NCBI GenBank assembly: GCA_030390025.1 | Contig: CM059432.1 | Location: 130,140,001 to 130,204,000, forward strand | Direction of reading: 5' to 3' | DNA length: 64,000 nucleotides | From: Squalus acanthias | Lineage: Eukaryota | Shown: positions 35,846-48,966 of the stretch, one piece after another | Layout: every line of letters begins with the position of its first letter | Numbering within the stretch: position 1 is the first letter of the stretch | The notes under the pieces: model-generated | What the model was told of the DNA's origin: nothing | The model's input: only the letters and a program-made list of their open reading frames with translations | The model's database searches: none | Program-made: the position numbers and the translations under genes

Positions 35846-38288
35846 GTCAGCCCAATTGATGCTGCAGCTGCACCCCCAAACCTTGCAGGAAAGTGGCACC
35901 ACTAGTAGCATCTCTCAGTGATGCTTGTACTAGGCCAATGCAGGCTCTGGGCTCTACCATCTCCTCCACCTTGGGCAGGTTGGGAGACTGAACGGATAAG
36001 GGCTTCAATTGGATCAGGGATATTCTACAGTCTGCTCCACCGCAGATCATGTGGGAGTACTGAGCTACAGCCCATAGCGGGGGCAATCAGAATGGAATAT
36101 GATTTCCTCTCTCAGGGTGGCAGTATGTCTACACCCTCGCCATCCCCTCAACTAATGCCTGGCCTGGTGTCAGAAAGCCAGCTGGGCCAGACTACCCCAG
36201 CAGCAGCCATGTTGCTGCTGTCTGCAGCCAAGCCCCCTCAGCTCGTAGGCATCATCGACCACAAGCATCTCAAGGTGTCTGAGCCACACACCTTCCATGG
36301 TGACGCCATTGGAGGAGCACCTCGCAGGAGCACTAGAGTAGGTAAGGGAGCACTTAAGACAGGCACTATGAGCTCATAGCCTTTGTGTAAGTAAGTAAAA
36401 TGATAAACCTTTTTGAAATCTTTGTGTGCAGACAGTGCTCCCATAATAGCTGGTGACCCTGCAATATTAGTGGGCATGAATATCAATGTTGGTCTTTGGG
36501 TGCATACAGTTTAGGGAGCAGGGATTGTTCAGCTGAAGCGCTCTTCGATGAACTGCTGCCAAAGGGCTGTGGCTACAGCCAAGTGTTGGAGCCCCCCCTC
36601 CCACCCAAGTTCCTCATCATCCTCTATCTCATTAGTGTCATCTCCCTGATCACATTGAACGTCCTCATCCAATGGTGGCTCCATGGATTGCCCCCGTTAC
36701 AGAGTAAAGTTATGCTGAATGCAGCTAACCACTGTTATATGGGAGACTGTTTGTGGGCTGTATAGCAGGAAGCCATCAGACCTATCCAGACAGTGGAATT
36801 GTTGCTTGAGGGCACCAATGGTCTGCTTGATGAGAGTTCTAGTTTGGCAATGTAGCGCACTTCGGCCATTGAGAGTGGGTTAATAAGGTGAGTTATGATC
36901 AAGTGTGCAGATTATAGCTCTTGTCCCCAAGCATCCAGCCTCTCACTTGCTGTGCAGGAGAAAAGAGTGGGGGGGGGGGATTGAAAATTATTGCACTATC
37001 AATGCGTCATGGCAGCTGCCAAGAAAGTGGGCACCAACGTTCCCTCTAAGCTGTGCGGCTGCGCAGCTCTCTGCCAGTCCCGCACAGCCCGGAACCGATT
37101 TTTCAATGTTAAATTTCGCACATGCGCGAAACTGTGAATGGGCTGCCCACCCAAAAAAAAATTAGGGGGAATATTGGTGGGCACAGACCTGCATGGTGTG
37201 CTGCTGGTGATCACACACCAGTTGCACATTAATGGAGTGGAAGTCCTTCAGATTCATGAAGGCAGTGGGGTCATCTTAAAGAGTCCACAGGGCAACGTGG
37301 ATGCAGTCAATGATGACTTGGTCTTGCAATCCTGCAACCTGTGCAAATCCCACAGTCCTATCCTGCTACTTTTGGTTATCCATGGGGAAAGTGATAAAAG
37401 TGTTTGCTCGGCACTAGTCACCTGATTAATGCAAGCACGATCTGCAGACTGATTGATGCTATTGATATCCCCCGTGGCAGCCTGGAAGGAGTCGGAGGCA
37501 AAGAAATTCAGGGCTACAGTGACCATGACTGTGAGAGGCAATGCAATCCCAGCTTGGTTATAGGTCTTATTGCAGGAGGTTGCACGACTCTGTAACAGTT
37601 TGTCTAGATAAGCACAGCTTCTTTATTCACTGCTCCTCAGAGAACTATCCTGATTCGATACACCCTGCAAGAATACCTCCTTTTATTTGGTCCCCGAACA
37701 TCTGCAGCTCTTTTTGCTCATTCCTCCTGTTGCTGCTGGTGCCCCTCCTCCTCCTCATCCTCATCCTCTAGCCAGAGTAGAATTGCCAGGAGAACACCTA
37801 TGAAGAACAAAGTATGTTGCCAGAATCCTCTCAAGAGTTCAGAACATTATTACAGCCACTACAAGCATTTTGACGTCATCCAAGAGCTAAAAAAACCCAG
37901 AATGTAATAGAAGCAAAAATCTCCCCAAAACTTTGCAGCGTCTTAGCCGAGGGCAGGTGAGGATTTCTTTAAACAGTCTTGGAAATGGTCAACTCCCGAC
38001 TTGTATCACCTATGGTTTGTGGGCTGGTTGACCAATTGGTGGTAGCAATGTGTGTAGAAACAAAAGGGCAATTGGGATGCTGACATTGTTAGTTGAGCCC
38101 AATTTGCCTTTATTAATAAGGCCCCCGCCTGTTTCTGGCAGGAGCTCCGTCCACCTAAACCAAAGACCACCCACAGACGATGGACCTCCAGCGGTAAGTC
38201 ACCAGTTCTGTTTCCTACGTGATTTTGGTCCTGCTACCATACCGTTTATGAGTGTAAATGGGGCGGTACCGAGACAAACATTGGGCCC

Positions 38289-38289
<1 letters not shown>
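35846..38289. mobile_element. Old Harbinger copy: Myb-gene C-terminus (+, to 36379) and transposase remnant (-, about 36520-37800)
   Basis: FLSQGGS...GGAPRRSTRVGK; VTVALNFFASDSFQAATGDI; caccagttgcacatt (NVQLV). Boundaries are approximate. Confidence 0.7.
37035..37176. mobile_element. hAT-superfamily MITE (142 bp)
   Basis: Perfect 8-bp TSD GTGGGCAC (37027-34, 37177-84), with 15-bp TIRs CAACGTTCCCTCTAA and TTAGGGGGAATATTG. Confidence 0.9.

Positions 38290-38291
<2 letters not shown>

Positions 38292-38319
<28 letters not shown>
38292..38319. repeat. (AC)n microsatellite
   Basis: About 14 AC units. Confidence 0.95.
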
Positions 38320-40186
38320 TTTTCCAATGAAAAACTGCTAAGGAAGAACCAATCAACAATAAGTAGTCAACAAAAGCTATTGATAAAAAATAATCAGGCG
38401 GAGAGTCAGGAAATCACTCCAAATATCTTTTGGAGAAAATCCGTCCTGGGTCATCTTGGATACTGACTGAGATAAGAAACGTACTGGAAATACGGTTTTA
38501 ACACAATAAAGACCCACAAAATTAGAAAAATTATAAAAGATAATTAAACTTACCCGTGTAACAGCACTGTTGGCTTGAAATGACAGTAACAATTGTCTGT
38601 CAGGCGACTGTGAAGAAGCCTCAGTCTGGAGTTCATGATGATTCTCAGCTGAAGATACTCAGCGAGCTCCAGCTCCCAGTATGTATTTCCAAACTCTGAA
38701 AATGACCCCCATTTGTTTAATTTCCAGGAATCAATTTAAAAAAAAGCATACTTCACTGTTTCTGGGGAGATCTCTTACAAACTTCTATCCTAAATTCTTT
38801 CAGTGAAGATGTGCACTTACACTCCCCTCCCCCCGCCCCCCCCCCCCCGCCAACGCTCTCCTTCCTTGCAACAGCGTAGCCCTAACTCAACGTGAGCAAC
38901 GCCACTGATGCTCTGCTAGTAGGCTGTAATAATATATTGTGTGTTACATGGTATAACAATCCAGCCATGATAAAAATAGCTTCCTTCAACCCTACATAAG
39001 CAATGGCGTAAGAGATTTGCTATTATTTATTATCTTCTCCACCGAAACCGTGGGTTTTTCACCGAACTTTTGTTAAAGTCCAGGAGAAAAAGTCAATCAA
39101 TGCCGCACAAGATGGATGGCACATTGTTAAATACCTATAACCTATCCTGAGATTACATTACAGCCGCCGGCATTGCGTGAAATTTAAAATGGTAAAACTG
39201 GTCTTCGTGGGCTAACAAAACAAGGTCGTGCAAAAAATGGAAATGAGGAGATATGATTTTTCAAGGATCTCTCGTTCATTCATCACTGTAATTATCCAAT
39301 CAATTCAGATTTTTACCAGATTATGTCAAAACCCACACCAGAGACCTGCAGATGATCTGGGGGGCATAAGTTCGTCACTTTGAGCAGACTGTGTTAAATG
39401 GTGTGGCAGGTGAAACCGAACCGCAGGGAAATAAATAATGCTGCAATGCAAGACCTGGAGCTACAGGACAGACTTTTACTAATTAACACGTTATTAACAG
39501 CGCTCAATCATAAATGCATCAGGCAGCGTCCCCACCCCCGTGTGACAGAAAATTAATAAAGCAGCAAATCAGCCAGCGAGCCACTTTGCTTTGATTATGT
39601 GAGCATTATACGGATGTAGAGAAATGATGTTGGATAATCTTAGAAAGATAGAGTGTTTTCCATTTGTTTAATTTATTGATCATATATTAGATCAGTCATG
39701 AAGCTCCATAATCACGCATGTTGGTAAGTATCTGTAAATATAGAGTGGCATCGGTTAAACAAGGTCTTCAAGTCTGGTCGCTTGGACACTCGTTCAGTGC
39801 TAAATGCTTTTAGATTGCAATCAAGAATGTTGCATCCCAACCGCCAGCCCATGTTTTATACTTTGTTTAATGCCCCGTGTTGGAAAGCGCCAGAATGTAG
39901 TGTCTATGTGATGTACCTAATTGCAGGGAAAGCACTTACTCAGGCAGAAGGGTGCTTTCAAGGGAGATGGTCTATTTCAACCAAAACGATGAACAGAGTG
40001 CAGAAAACGCCGGGCTGCCAGAACTTGTAACCAGCTGAGCAGAAATGCATACATTTTACAACAACAACAACAACTTGCATTTATATAACACCTTGAAAAT
40101 AGCAAACCATCCCCCGACACTTCACAGATGCCGAGCCAAAGAAGGAAATGTTAGGAGGGGTGAGCAAAAGATGGGCCAAAGACCTG

Positions 40187-40870
40187 GGGGGGGGTGAAAT
40201 ACCCCCAGAGGGGCGTTTGGGGCGCTAAATCAAGCGCTCCACTTGCCTCTTCGAGCGCAAGAGGCGGGGAATGTCCCGATCCGGGGCAATGTGCTCAGCA
40301 GCGCCACAAGTGGCCAGGCGTGGCACTGCCGCGTTGCAGGGGCTCTTCCCTGCATCAAAGGGAAGGGCTCCCCACTGCGAGCTCTGCAGGTTTATTTTTA
40401 GATATGGGGGCCACCGGGGAGCGGGAGTGCCGTGCGATCAGCCCAGCGCTCATGCAGAGTGCCGGGCTGGCCGATCGCGGCACGGACGGCGCGACCGGTG
40501 GCCGAAAATAAATATAAATTTAAAAATCGCCAGATTTTTTTGGCTGGCCACCCACCGCGCCTTTAAGTTGCGCCCCGTGATCGGCCGGCCTCAATGTTCG
40601 CGACCCCTGCAGCAGTCGGTAACATCGCCCGGCGCTGCTGCGGGGCGCGATTGCGAATTTTTCTTCCGAGGCGCTACCAGGGCGCTGCGCCCGGAGATGA
40701 CGTCATGATCTCCGGGCGCAGAAGACCGGGCGCCACCCGGTAGCGCTGCCGCTAACCTCCTGCGGAATTTCGCGGGCGGCGCAGCTATCGCTTCGGGAGG
40801 GGCGCAAAGCCATTCGCGCCCCGTTTGCACCTCCCACTGTAGGCGCAAACGAGGGGAATGTCGAACCCCC
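40187..40870. mobile_element. CpG-rich Harbinger-type non-autonomous element nested in an L2-like fragment (40060-41100)
   Basis: TSD CTG (40184-86, 40871-73), G-run / C-run ends and GGCGCT motifs. The host sequence rejoins across it. Confidence 0.75.
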
Positions 40871-41613
40871 CTGGGTTTTAAAGAGGGTCTCAAAAGGAGG
40901 AGAGAGGGGGAAAGGCAGGGGCTTTAGGGAGGAAGTTCCAGAGGGGGCAGCCTGGGCCGCTGAAGGCATGGCTGTCAGTATTTGGACAAAGAGGTGGGGG
41001 GAGCTACTCAAAAATCTGGAGTTAAAGGAACAGAGAATTCGATGGGGTTGGGATTGCAGGGCTGGAGGAGGTTGCAGAATTAGGCGAGAACATTTAAAAT
41101 CATCCCCACACTTTTTAAGTCAACATTTAATATTTAAAATCCATCTGCAAACATTTATAATGGCAAAATCATATCTAAACATGTGAATGTGACACTGTCA
41201 CAGTCTGTTAATGAACAAATCTGATCACTCAAAATGCTGATATTTTCTCAGTAACTAAAGCTTCTACTGCCCACAATAAAGTTTGTAAACAAAATTTCAA
41301 AAATTACATATTTCCCAATAACATGAATTGTTTTTTGTGTCTTTTAATACATTCATTGAAGTTTCTCCTTGGAGGCCTCAGCCTCTCCCAAAAGCCTGGG
41401 CTCGGATATCATATCTTTACCAAACGTGGTGGTGATGCTGTTAAATAAAGGCAAGATACTGCAGTCTGAACAGGAGCATTTTCCCAGCGTGTATCAGTAG
41501 CATTGAAGCCAGCCAAACGAAAGAATGTTTTTCTCGGGTCTCCAGCAAAATCTATTTTGGTTGTTTTTAGAAAATGAATTAAAGAACTACAGGAAACATT
41601 TCAAAAGCTTCAT

Positions 41614-41800
41614 GGGGTAAAAATTCAATTCTGCTGTTCTGAACTCTTGGCACTGCAGGGAGCCCCCATCACAACATTGCACCCTCCCAGTCTGCAGTTT
41701 TGCATCTATTAATGAATGGAAATTCATGGGTTGGGAGCGCACAATTTTGCGATCTGCCCTCCTACAACATACCAGGAGCACGCAGCAGAATTTCTACCCC
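41614..41800. mobile_element. Harbinger-type MITE
   Basis: 12-bp TIRs GGGGTAAAAATT and AATTTCTACCCC, with flanks CAT/GAT. Confidence 0.75.
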
Positions 41801-42220
41801 GATGTTCCTACAGTCAGGTCTTACTCTGTCAGCAGTCTATTCACAGGGAATTATTCTGTGCTTTATAAGTGATTCCTTCAGCTCATCAAATTCACAGGGT
41901 TTATTATGTTCAATATAATTCAGTTACATACTGATGTATGGTTTCTCCTGTTCACGACGCGTGAAATATTTGTTGCTTTTTATAAGTAGCGTTTTGCTTA
42001 GACTCACACATTATTGTATCAAAGGCCAGATCTTTCCTTCATCAAAGTATAAACTATTATAAATATTTAGTACTTCTTCACCAATGATGTCGTCAAAGCG
42101 ATGGCTTTCAGCTTGTTCTTTTCTCATTTGCTCCAATAGCTGCTAAATGCACTTCCAGGAGCTTAAACCAAGATTTCCAGTCTCGCTGAAGGCCAAGTAG
42201 AAGTGGCAGTTTATCCATTT
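41801..42220 (-). pseudogene. Ancient Gypsy-type gag remnant
   Basis: Frameshifted pieces MDKLP...DWKSWFKLLEVHLAAIGANEK, IIGEEVLNIYNSL, TIHQYVTEL and PCEFDELKESLIKHRII fit the Gag pattern W..W...YL.A / IG.E...IYN / Y.T.L....C.F....IRD.IV. Confidence 0.55.
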
Positions 42221-42314
42221 CAATATATCTTTTACTTTATTCACAAGGCTTTCTTTTCTTAGCACCTGCCATGGTTCTTCACTTTTCCTGTTCACTTAAC
42301 CCTTTTGACCACAT

Positions 42315-42456
42315 GGGGGTGAAATTCATCTTGGCCGTAGCGCAAAACGGGTGTTAGCCAATCATTCATTGGAAAAGAAAATCAGATGGAGTGCGAGACG
42401 GGCTGCCGATTCGCTATCTCCCGTTTTTCGCTACCGTCAAGACAAATTCCACCTGC
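42315..42456. mobile_element. Short Harbinger-type MITE
   Basis: Ends GGGGGTGAAATT and AATTCCACCTG, with CAT(G) duplicated on both flanks. Confidence 0.75.
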
Positions 42457-42946
42457 ATGTGTTGTTCTTGTGTTATATTGGGGGGGGCGATGTTCAACGG
42501 GTGCACTTCTGTTTTACGTCAATAAAATATGCGCTAGGACCCTGAAAGTCGGGTCATGGTCTTCCCCTGCTGGTTCACCACCGGAAGTGCATCTGACGTC
42601 ATTCTGAGTCAGGCCTCCTCTTAGGCGCTCAGTGTGGCCGTCTGAAATTGGCAGGCACATAGAACGCCTAAGAGGAGGCCGATTTAATCCATGCAAATGA
42701 GGGTGCTGCGCTTGTTTAGTAACCCAAGCACTTCAGCGAACTATTTCCTATCCCCCTGCAACAACAGTCCCTCCAACAACAGTTTTTCCACCATCCTTAG
42801 GACTGCACTCAACCCAAACGCCAGCATGGGTCTTCCAGTCAGATCACAGAGCCTGCTCAGCAAATACTCACCGAACAAATGCTGCATTGCCAAGAATTCC
42901 GTAAAAGACTGTAAATGGCGATGAGCATTAACACATTTATTAGCCA

Positions 42947-43261
42947 CTAATCACTACGGTGAAAGACCCTACTGCCTGACTTTAGTACTCTCCGACCTAT
43001 TCTGGTGCTCCTAAGAGGTGCAACCCCAGTGGCTTCAGCATGGGCGGGAGAAGGCTGCTGAGCCTCCAATGAGGGAGCTTGAAATGGCCGTAGACGCCGA
43101 CCTCGAGAAGCTCGGAGGGAACCCGGCTGCAGACTGCAGTCCGGCCCAGACGGCTTTCTGGCACCAGGACAGGCATTGGTTGAGGGTTTGACGGGGGAGG
43201 AGAAGCATGCTGTCCGCCTGAGAGAGGAGATGTGGCATGGCTGAGATCTGGAAATCACCAC
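42947..43261 (-). pseudogene. Harbinger Myb-gene C-terminal remnant
   Basis: LLSQADS...QQPSPAHAEATGVAPLRSTRIGR matches the copy A tail (VLSQDDS...QQHSTTHAAATGEAPRRSTRK). Confidence 0.65.
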
Positions 43262-43284
43262 GACCTACGATTTCATGTTGTAGC

Positions 43285-43635
43285 AGATAGGATGATACAG
43301 CACAGAAGGAGGCCATTTGGCCCATCGTCTCTGTGCTGGCTCTTTGAAAGAGCTACCCAATTAGTCCCACTCCTCTGCTCTTTCCACATAGCCCTGCAAA
43401 TGTTTTCTTTTCAAATATTAATCCAAAGTTGCTATTGAATCTCCTTCCAGCACCCTTTCAAGCAGTGCATTCCAGATCACAACAACTTACTGCGTAAAAA
43501 AAAAATTCTCCTCATTTCCCCCCTGGATTTTTTGCCAATTATCTTAAATCTGTGTCCTCTGGTTACCAACCCACCTGCCAGTGGAAACAGTTTCTCCCCA
43601 TCTACTCTATCATAACCCCTCATAATTTTGAACAC
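43285..43635 (-). mobile_element. CR1 3' fragment
   Basis: Encodes VFKIMRGYDRVDGEKLFPLAGGLVTRGHRFKIIGKKSRGEMRRIFF and carries the CR1 3' UTR. Confidence 0.85.
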
Positions 43636-46364
43636 ATAAGAACTCAAAGAACTGTGTCTGCGCACCACTTCAGTTTTTAAAACATACATGTGCTTTTCAT
43701 CATGCAACATTTAGAATAAAATGCTTCCTGGAAATCTCTAATTCTGAAATGACAATATAACATGATGCCGGGGGGAGGTGAACCATTGACTGGGCGCGGC
43801 CTTTCCTTGTGAGCCGCAGCACGCTGTAGGGAATAAAAAATTGAAACTTCCCAAACTGCGATTTATTTATTTTTTTAATGCAAATTCATTGTAAATCAAA
43901 ATATTGCAGATCAAACACAGAGCCTCAATCAATCAGACTGTACACGTGACTGGTGTGAATATATTCTTACATGGGACAAAGGTGGAATTCCAAACAGTTG
44001 GAATGTCATGCTGGGACTTTAAATGTGAATAGTTATGCAGCACATTCCATTTTTTATTAACTTCTTAAAAAAAAAAAATCAAAGGCAATGCCCACAACTT
44101 CTAAAAACACTGGCATTTTAAACCATTCATCTCAGGCTGTGAAATAAAGCAGGAGCGTAACAGACGCATTTGATTTGGCATTTTATATCTCTATAAATTA
44201 TATTTCTTGTTTGATTAACAACAGTACAACTCAAGCTGATGTTCATGTACAAAAACGATGGAGTTGGTGCCTCGTCGTTCTTTTCGCATGAATGCCCTTT
44301 TGCCCACTGTACCACCCTCATCAAGCTTTGGGTCATGATAAACTGGCACCGTGTTCCAAAGGCTGAAGGAGTAGGGTCCAATGACGCCTCATTCAGCCTG
44401 AGCATTAACGTCAGTTTCGCTGGCAACACTGAAATGTTTGAAATGCGCTAAACTGTTTGAAACCTGGGTTCACATACTGCAGTCTCATCTACAGCTCAGA
44501 GCTATTGAGATGGAATTTGAATTACTATCTCTGATGTCCTCCACACGTCAATATTCCCCGTTCAAGCTGTTACCATAGCAATGATTTCAGCTTAGTAAAA
44601 AGTTGAAGAAATTTGAGTCCAACACAAATTTTGCATGCCGCAGCTGTAATTTGGTACCGGTGCGCAGTCCAGCATTTTCAGAATCCACTCCTTACCAAAC
44701 AAATTACAAACACCTTCCTATTATCAGATCGGTAAGAAGAGTTGGTGGTGATTTTGACTTTAAGCGAGAGTGTAAAATGGACGCTATCAGCCCAAGCCTT
44801 GCTGGAAAAATAACGGCGTGTTAACGACGCACACCCTTGTAAATGCACAACTCAGCCAGCAGGTTCAGGGGACGATGAATTACGCTGTGAGTTGCGAATC
44901 GCCATACTGTAATCGCTGGTCGGTTTACGCCGCTGCACCATTTGCCTCGCACAAACAGCAGCTCGCCCTCAACATCCCCGTTATGTTTAAGAACTTGCTG
45001 GATTTGTACATTAAACTCGAATTGAGCTCGCCACAGAAAGTTACAACTGGTACTTAACAGCATAAATACCCTTTTAAGGATGTGATCATTATTAATACAA
45101 TGCCAATCAACCTCTCCGGCCCAGAAAGGGAACTATATAAACTGTTGCGTCTCATTCCTGCATGAAGTATATTCTTCTTATAGATTTAAAAAAGAAAAAA
45201 AAATTTTACCTTTTTTTCTTACTTTTCCTTTCTGTCTCTTTATTCTCTCTCTTTCTTAATCCAATCTTTCTTTTCCTCTGTTTATTTCTCATTCTGTATC
45301 TGATTTGATTCTAATCCACCCTCCTTCTCAGTCCTTCCCCTATTTCTTTCACAACCCTTAACTCTTATTGATTAAGGGGATACACTGTTGGTCCCATCGT
45401 TCACTAAGCTCCCAGATACACAGTTGCCCTCGCCGCTGAAGTCACAAACTAATTCATTTTGACTGTGGATTGTACGCCTTAACCTTAAGCACTCATTATT
45501 GTGAACTTTAAGAGACATTCGCTTCACCTTATTATCTGATGATTCGTTTAGATTGTTTCTTCTTTAGCATTCATATTGATTTGATGCTTGCAATGTGAAT
45601 CTTAAATGTGTCGCAGATATTTTCTTCTGTTGCGATTAAAATTGGAATGCTGTACTGTAAGCGGACAGTACGGTGGGGAAATGAGGCACACACAGACTAA
45701 TCCACCAGATTACAGCAGGTCATTCAAGTTGCACATCAGGTTGTCCACTGCATATTCTGCTTATAGCACTGATACACATTTAAACCAGCATTCCTCTTAG
45801 TACAGCTGCCTTTAGGAACAAACACTTCCACTCTGGGCAGTTGAATTTCTTTATATCTTGACCAGAAATGCTATGATAACAATAAGCATTGTTCAATTCA
45901 CCCACTTGTATCTGCATGCCAAACGACTAAATGATTTTATATATTATATAAAGTTACAGGTTCTATCGAGAAGGTCCACAAAGGTCTAAATCTAAGGGAT
46001 TATTGAAAGAAAAACAGCTGTGTGACAATGTTGTAGAGATGCTAGTTCAGATGAACAGTGTTAACAGCAACAAGAATTCATCCAGCCATCTGCTAGGCTG
46101 ATGACACAGGGGTCTAGTGACTCTGCTTTACTTTGTTTTGTTTTTTTTCCTTCTCGTTGATTTTCTTCTCCAATTTATTCTCTTCCCTTGGCTCCCTGCT
46201 GAGGTATGGTATCACAGGTACTGAGTGCCATCCATTACTTCACCAAGAGGCCATTATTCATGTGTGCGGCTTTACAGTGAGGGTCGATTATCCTCTGCCT
46301 AACGCCCCAAGTTCATTGGGCACTGGTGCATCAGGTGGAGAAAATTGGAGTGAAGATCCATAAC

Positions 46365-47865
46365 ACACATTACTACACATATTTAATAATTCATTAGAAT
46401 AAGGTGTAGTGCCAGAGGACTGGCGGATAGCTAACGTAATACCGATATTTAAGAAGGGGGATAGAACATGTCCAGGGAATTATAGACCAGTCAGCTTAAC
46501 ATCGGTGGTAGGAAATATAATGGAATCCCTACTAAAGGAGAAAATAGAAGAACATCGAGAAACCAAAAACATAGTCATGAATAGTCAGCAAGGATTTCAA
46601 TTGGGAAAGTCTTGCTTGACCAACCTTATTGGATTCTTTGAAGAGGTAGCAGAGAAAGTAGACAATGGTAATGCAGTAGATGTAATTTATCTAGATTTTC
46701 AAAAGGCCTTCAATAAGGTACCCCATAATAGACTGATGAACAAGGTCAGAGAATGCGGAGTCAGGGGACAAGTAGCAGAATGGAAAGCTAGCTGGCTTCA
46801 AGATAGAAAGCAGAGAGCAGGAGTAAAGGGTAGCTATTCACAGTGGCAGAAGGTGGGTAGTGGTGTTCCACAAGGATCAGTGCTGGGACCACTGCTGTTC
46901 ACAATTTATATTAACAATTTAGACTTTTGAATCAAAAACACAATTTCTAAATTTGCGGATGACACCAAATTGGGGGGGATACTGAGGAGGACTGCAACAA
47001 ATTATAGGAGGACATTAATAAACTTGCAGAATGACATATAATTAGCAAATGAAGTTCAACACAGATAAATGTGAGGTATTACATTTTGGTAGGAAGAATA
47101 GGGAGGTCGCTTATTACTTGGCGGGTGCAAGTCTAGCTGGGGTAGAGGAACAAAGGGATCTCGGATACAAATACACAAATCACTAAAAGTTGCGATACAG
47201 ATTAGCAAGGCCATAAAAAAAGCAAACCAAGCACTCGGGTTTATTTCTAGAGGTATAGAATTGAAAAGTAGGGACGTTATGCTTAACCTGTATCGAACCA
47301 CACTTAGAGTACTGCGTACAGTTCTGGTCGCCATATTATAAAAAGGATACTGAGGCACTGGAGAGGGTGCAGAGAAGATATACAAGGATGATACCAGAAA
47401 TGCAAGAGTATACATATCAGGAAAGGATGAACAGGCTGGGTCTCCTTTCTCTTGAAAAAAGAAGGCTGAGGGGTGACCTAATAGAGGTCTTTAAAATTAT
47501 AAAAGGTTTTGATAGAGTGGTTACAGAAAGAATGTTTCTACTTGTGGGGAAGAGCATAACTAGAGGCCATCAATATAAGATAGTCACCAAGAAATCCAAT
47601 AGGGAATTCAGAAGAAACTTCTTTACCCAGAGAGTGGTGAGAATGTGGAACTCGCTACCACAGGGAGTGGTTGAAGCGAAAAGTATAGATGCATTTAAGG
47701 GGAGGCTAGACAAGCATATGAGGGAGAAGGGAATAGAGGGTTATGCTGATAGATTTAGATGAGGAAAGACGGGAGGAGGCTCGAGTGGAGCATAAATGCC
47801 AGCATGGACTGGTTGGGCCGAATGGCCTGTTTCTGTGCCGTATATCCTATGTAATCCTATGTAAA
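46365..47865 (+). mobile_element. 5'-truncated CR1 LINE (same subfamily as 57139-60041)
   Basis: RT fragments PEDWRIANV..., [27 protein letters not shown], with tail TATCCTATGTAATCCTATGTAA. Confidence 0.92.
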
Positions 47866-47969
47866 CAGCAGGTCCCTGCCTCCTTTCTGCTTGTGTGGCT
47901 TGTGTGTGATCCTATCTGAATTGGGCCAGGCTTTTAAATTTAATGTAAATTGCAAGGGAATATCATCAT

Positions 47970-48140
47970 AAGATGCATTTAAGGGGGAAGCTATATAAAC
48001 ACACGAGGGAGAAAGGAATCGAAGGATATGCTGGTAGGGTGAGATGAAATAAGGTGGGAGGAGGCTCGTGTGGAGCATAAGCACCGGCATGGACCAGTTG
48101 GCCCAAATGGTCTGTTTCTGCGCTGTACTTTCTGTGTAAT
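47970..48140 (+). mobile_element. CR1 3'-end fragment
   Basis: Similar to 47688-47850. Confidence 0.8.
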
Positions 48141-48966
48141 AAGACCTCCCGCATAATTTTCCTCGGATTCCACTGGGCAGTCAGCTGAGAAGAGGACCAC
48201 CCAGAGAAGATAGGCATTAGAAGCTTTCACCAGTCCCGTCAGATCAGAGCATCCACAAATGGGGCTGCAAGCAACTTCTTCAGAAGCCCAGAAAGGCAAA
48301 TTTAAAATTCTTTATGGTGCAGCATAGGAGGAATAGCAGGGTTGTTTCTGACAGCAACTCGATGGTCCAGAACCTGATGGGAGTCTGTGCTGGTGGAGCC
48401 CTTTCAGGCCTGTAGCAGTGCTCAACTCCCCTTTACCAATCTGAGGCACCCACCCACTCACAAGTGGTATACCCACCTGGGTCATGTCCAGCCCAGGCAA
48501 ATTGCACGAACCCTGAAACTCAATCAGGTTCCGGTGCGTTCAAGTCGCGCAGGTTTCAACGGGCAACGACCAACTTACCCTGAGGCGAGTTGAGGGAGTA
48601 AAATTGGCTACTAACTATAGGGTGTTTTCAAAACAAATTCTGATCCTGTCCTCACTCAATGTATGTAGATATCCAGCAAAGGTCACTAGATAACAATCCA
48701 GAGTGGAAGCCTTGGCCACTTTTCTCCCTTCCTACCCCTAGTGCTCGGAACCATATTGTAGCATCCCTCCTGCCATCTTGGATGGAATCAACTCATTCAG
48801 GGATTGAACCTAGGATGGCTCAGGTACTCCATACAAAGGGTGAGCAGCAGAGGAGCTTGCCATTATACTTTGTATCTGTTGGAACAGAAACGTTTCAGTT
48901 GCATGTACAACCACAATGACATCATATAAATTGTTATACTCACTTGGAAGAACCTTACTTTCCATG

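Noticed and set aside
44127..44451. Overlapping 70-100 aa ORFs in unique DNA
   Set aside because: There is no recognisable domain or splice structure, and the lengths are compatible with chance.
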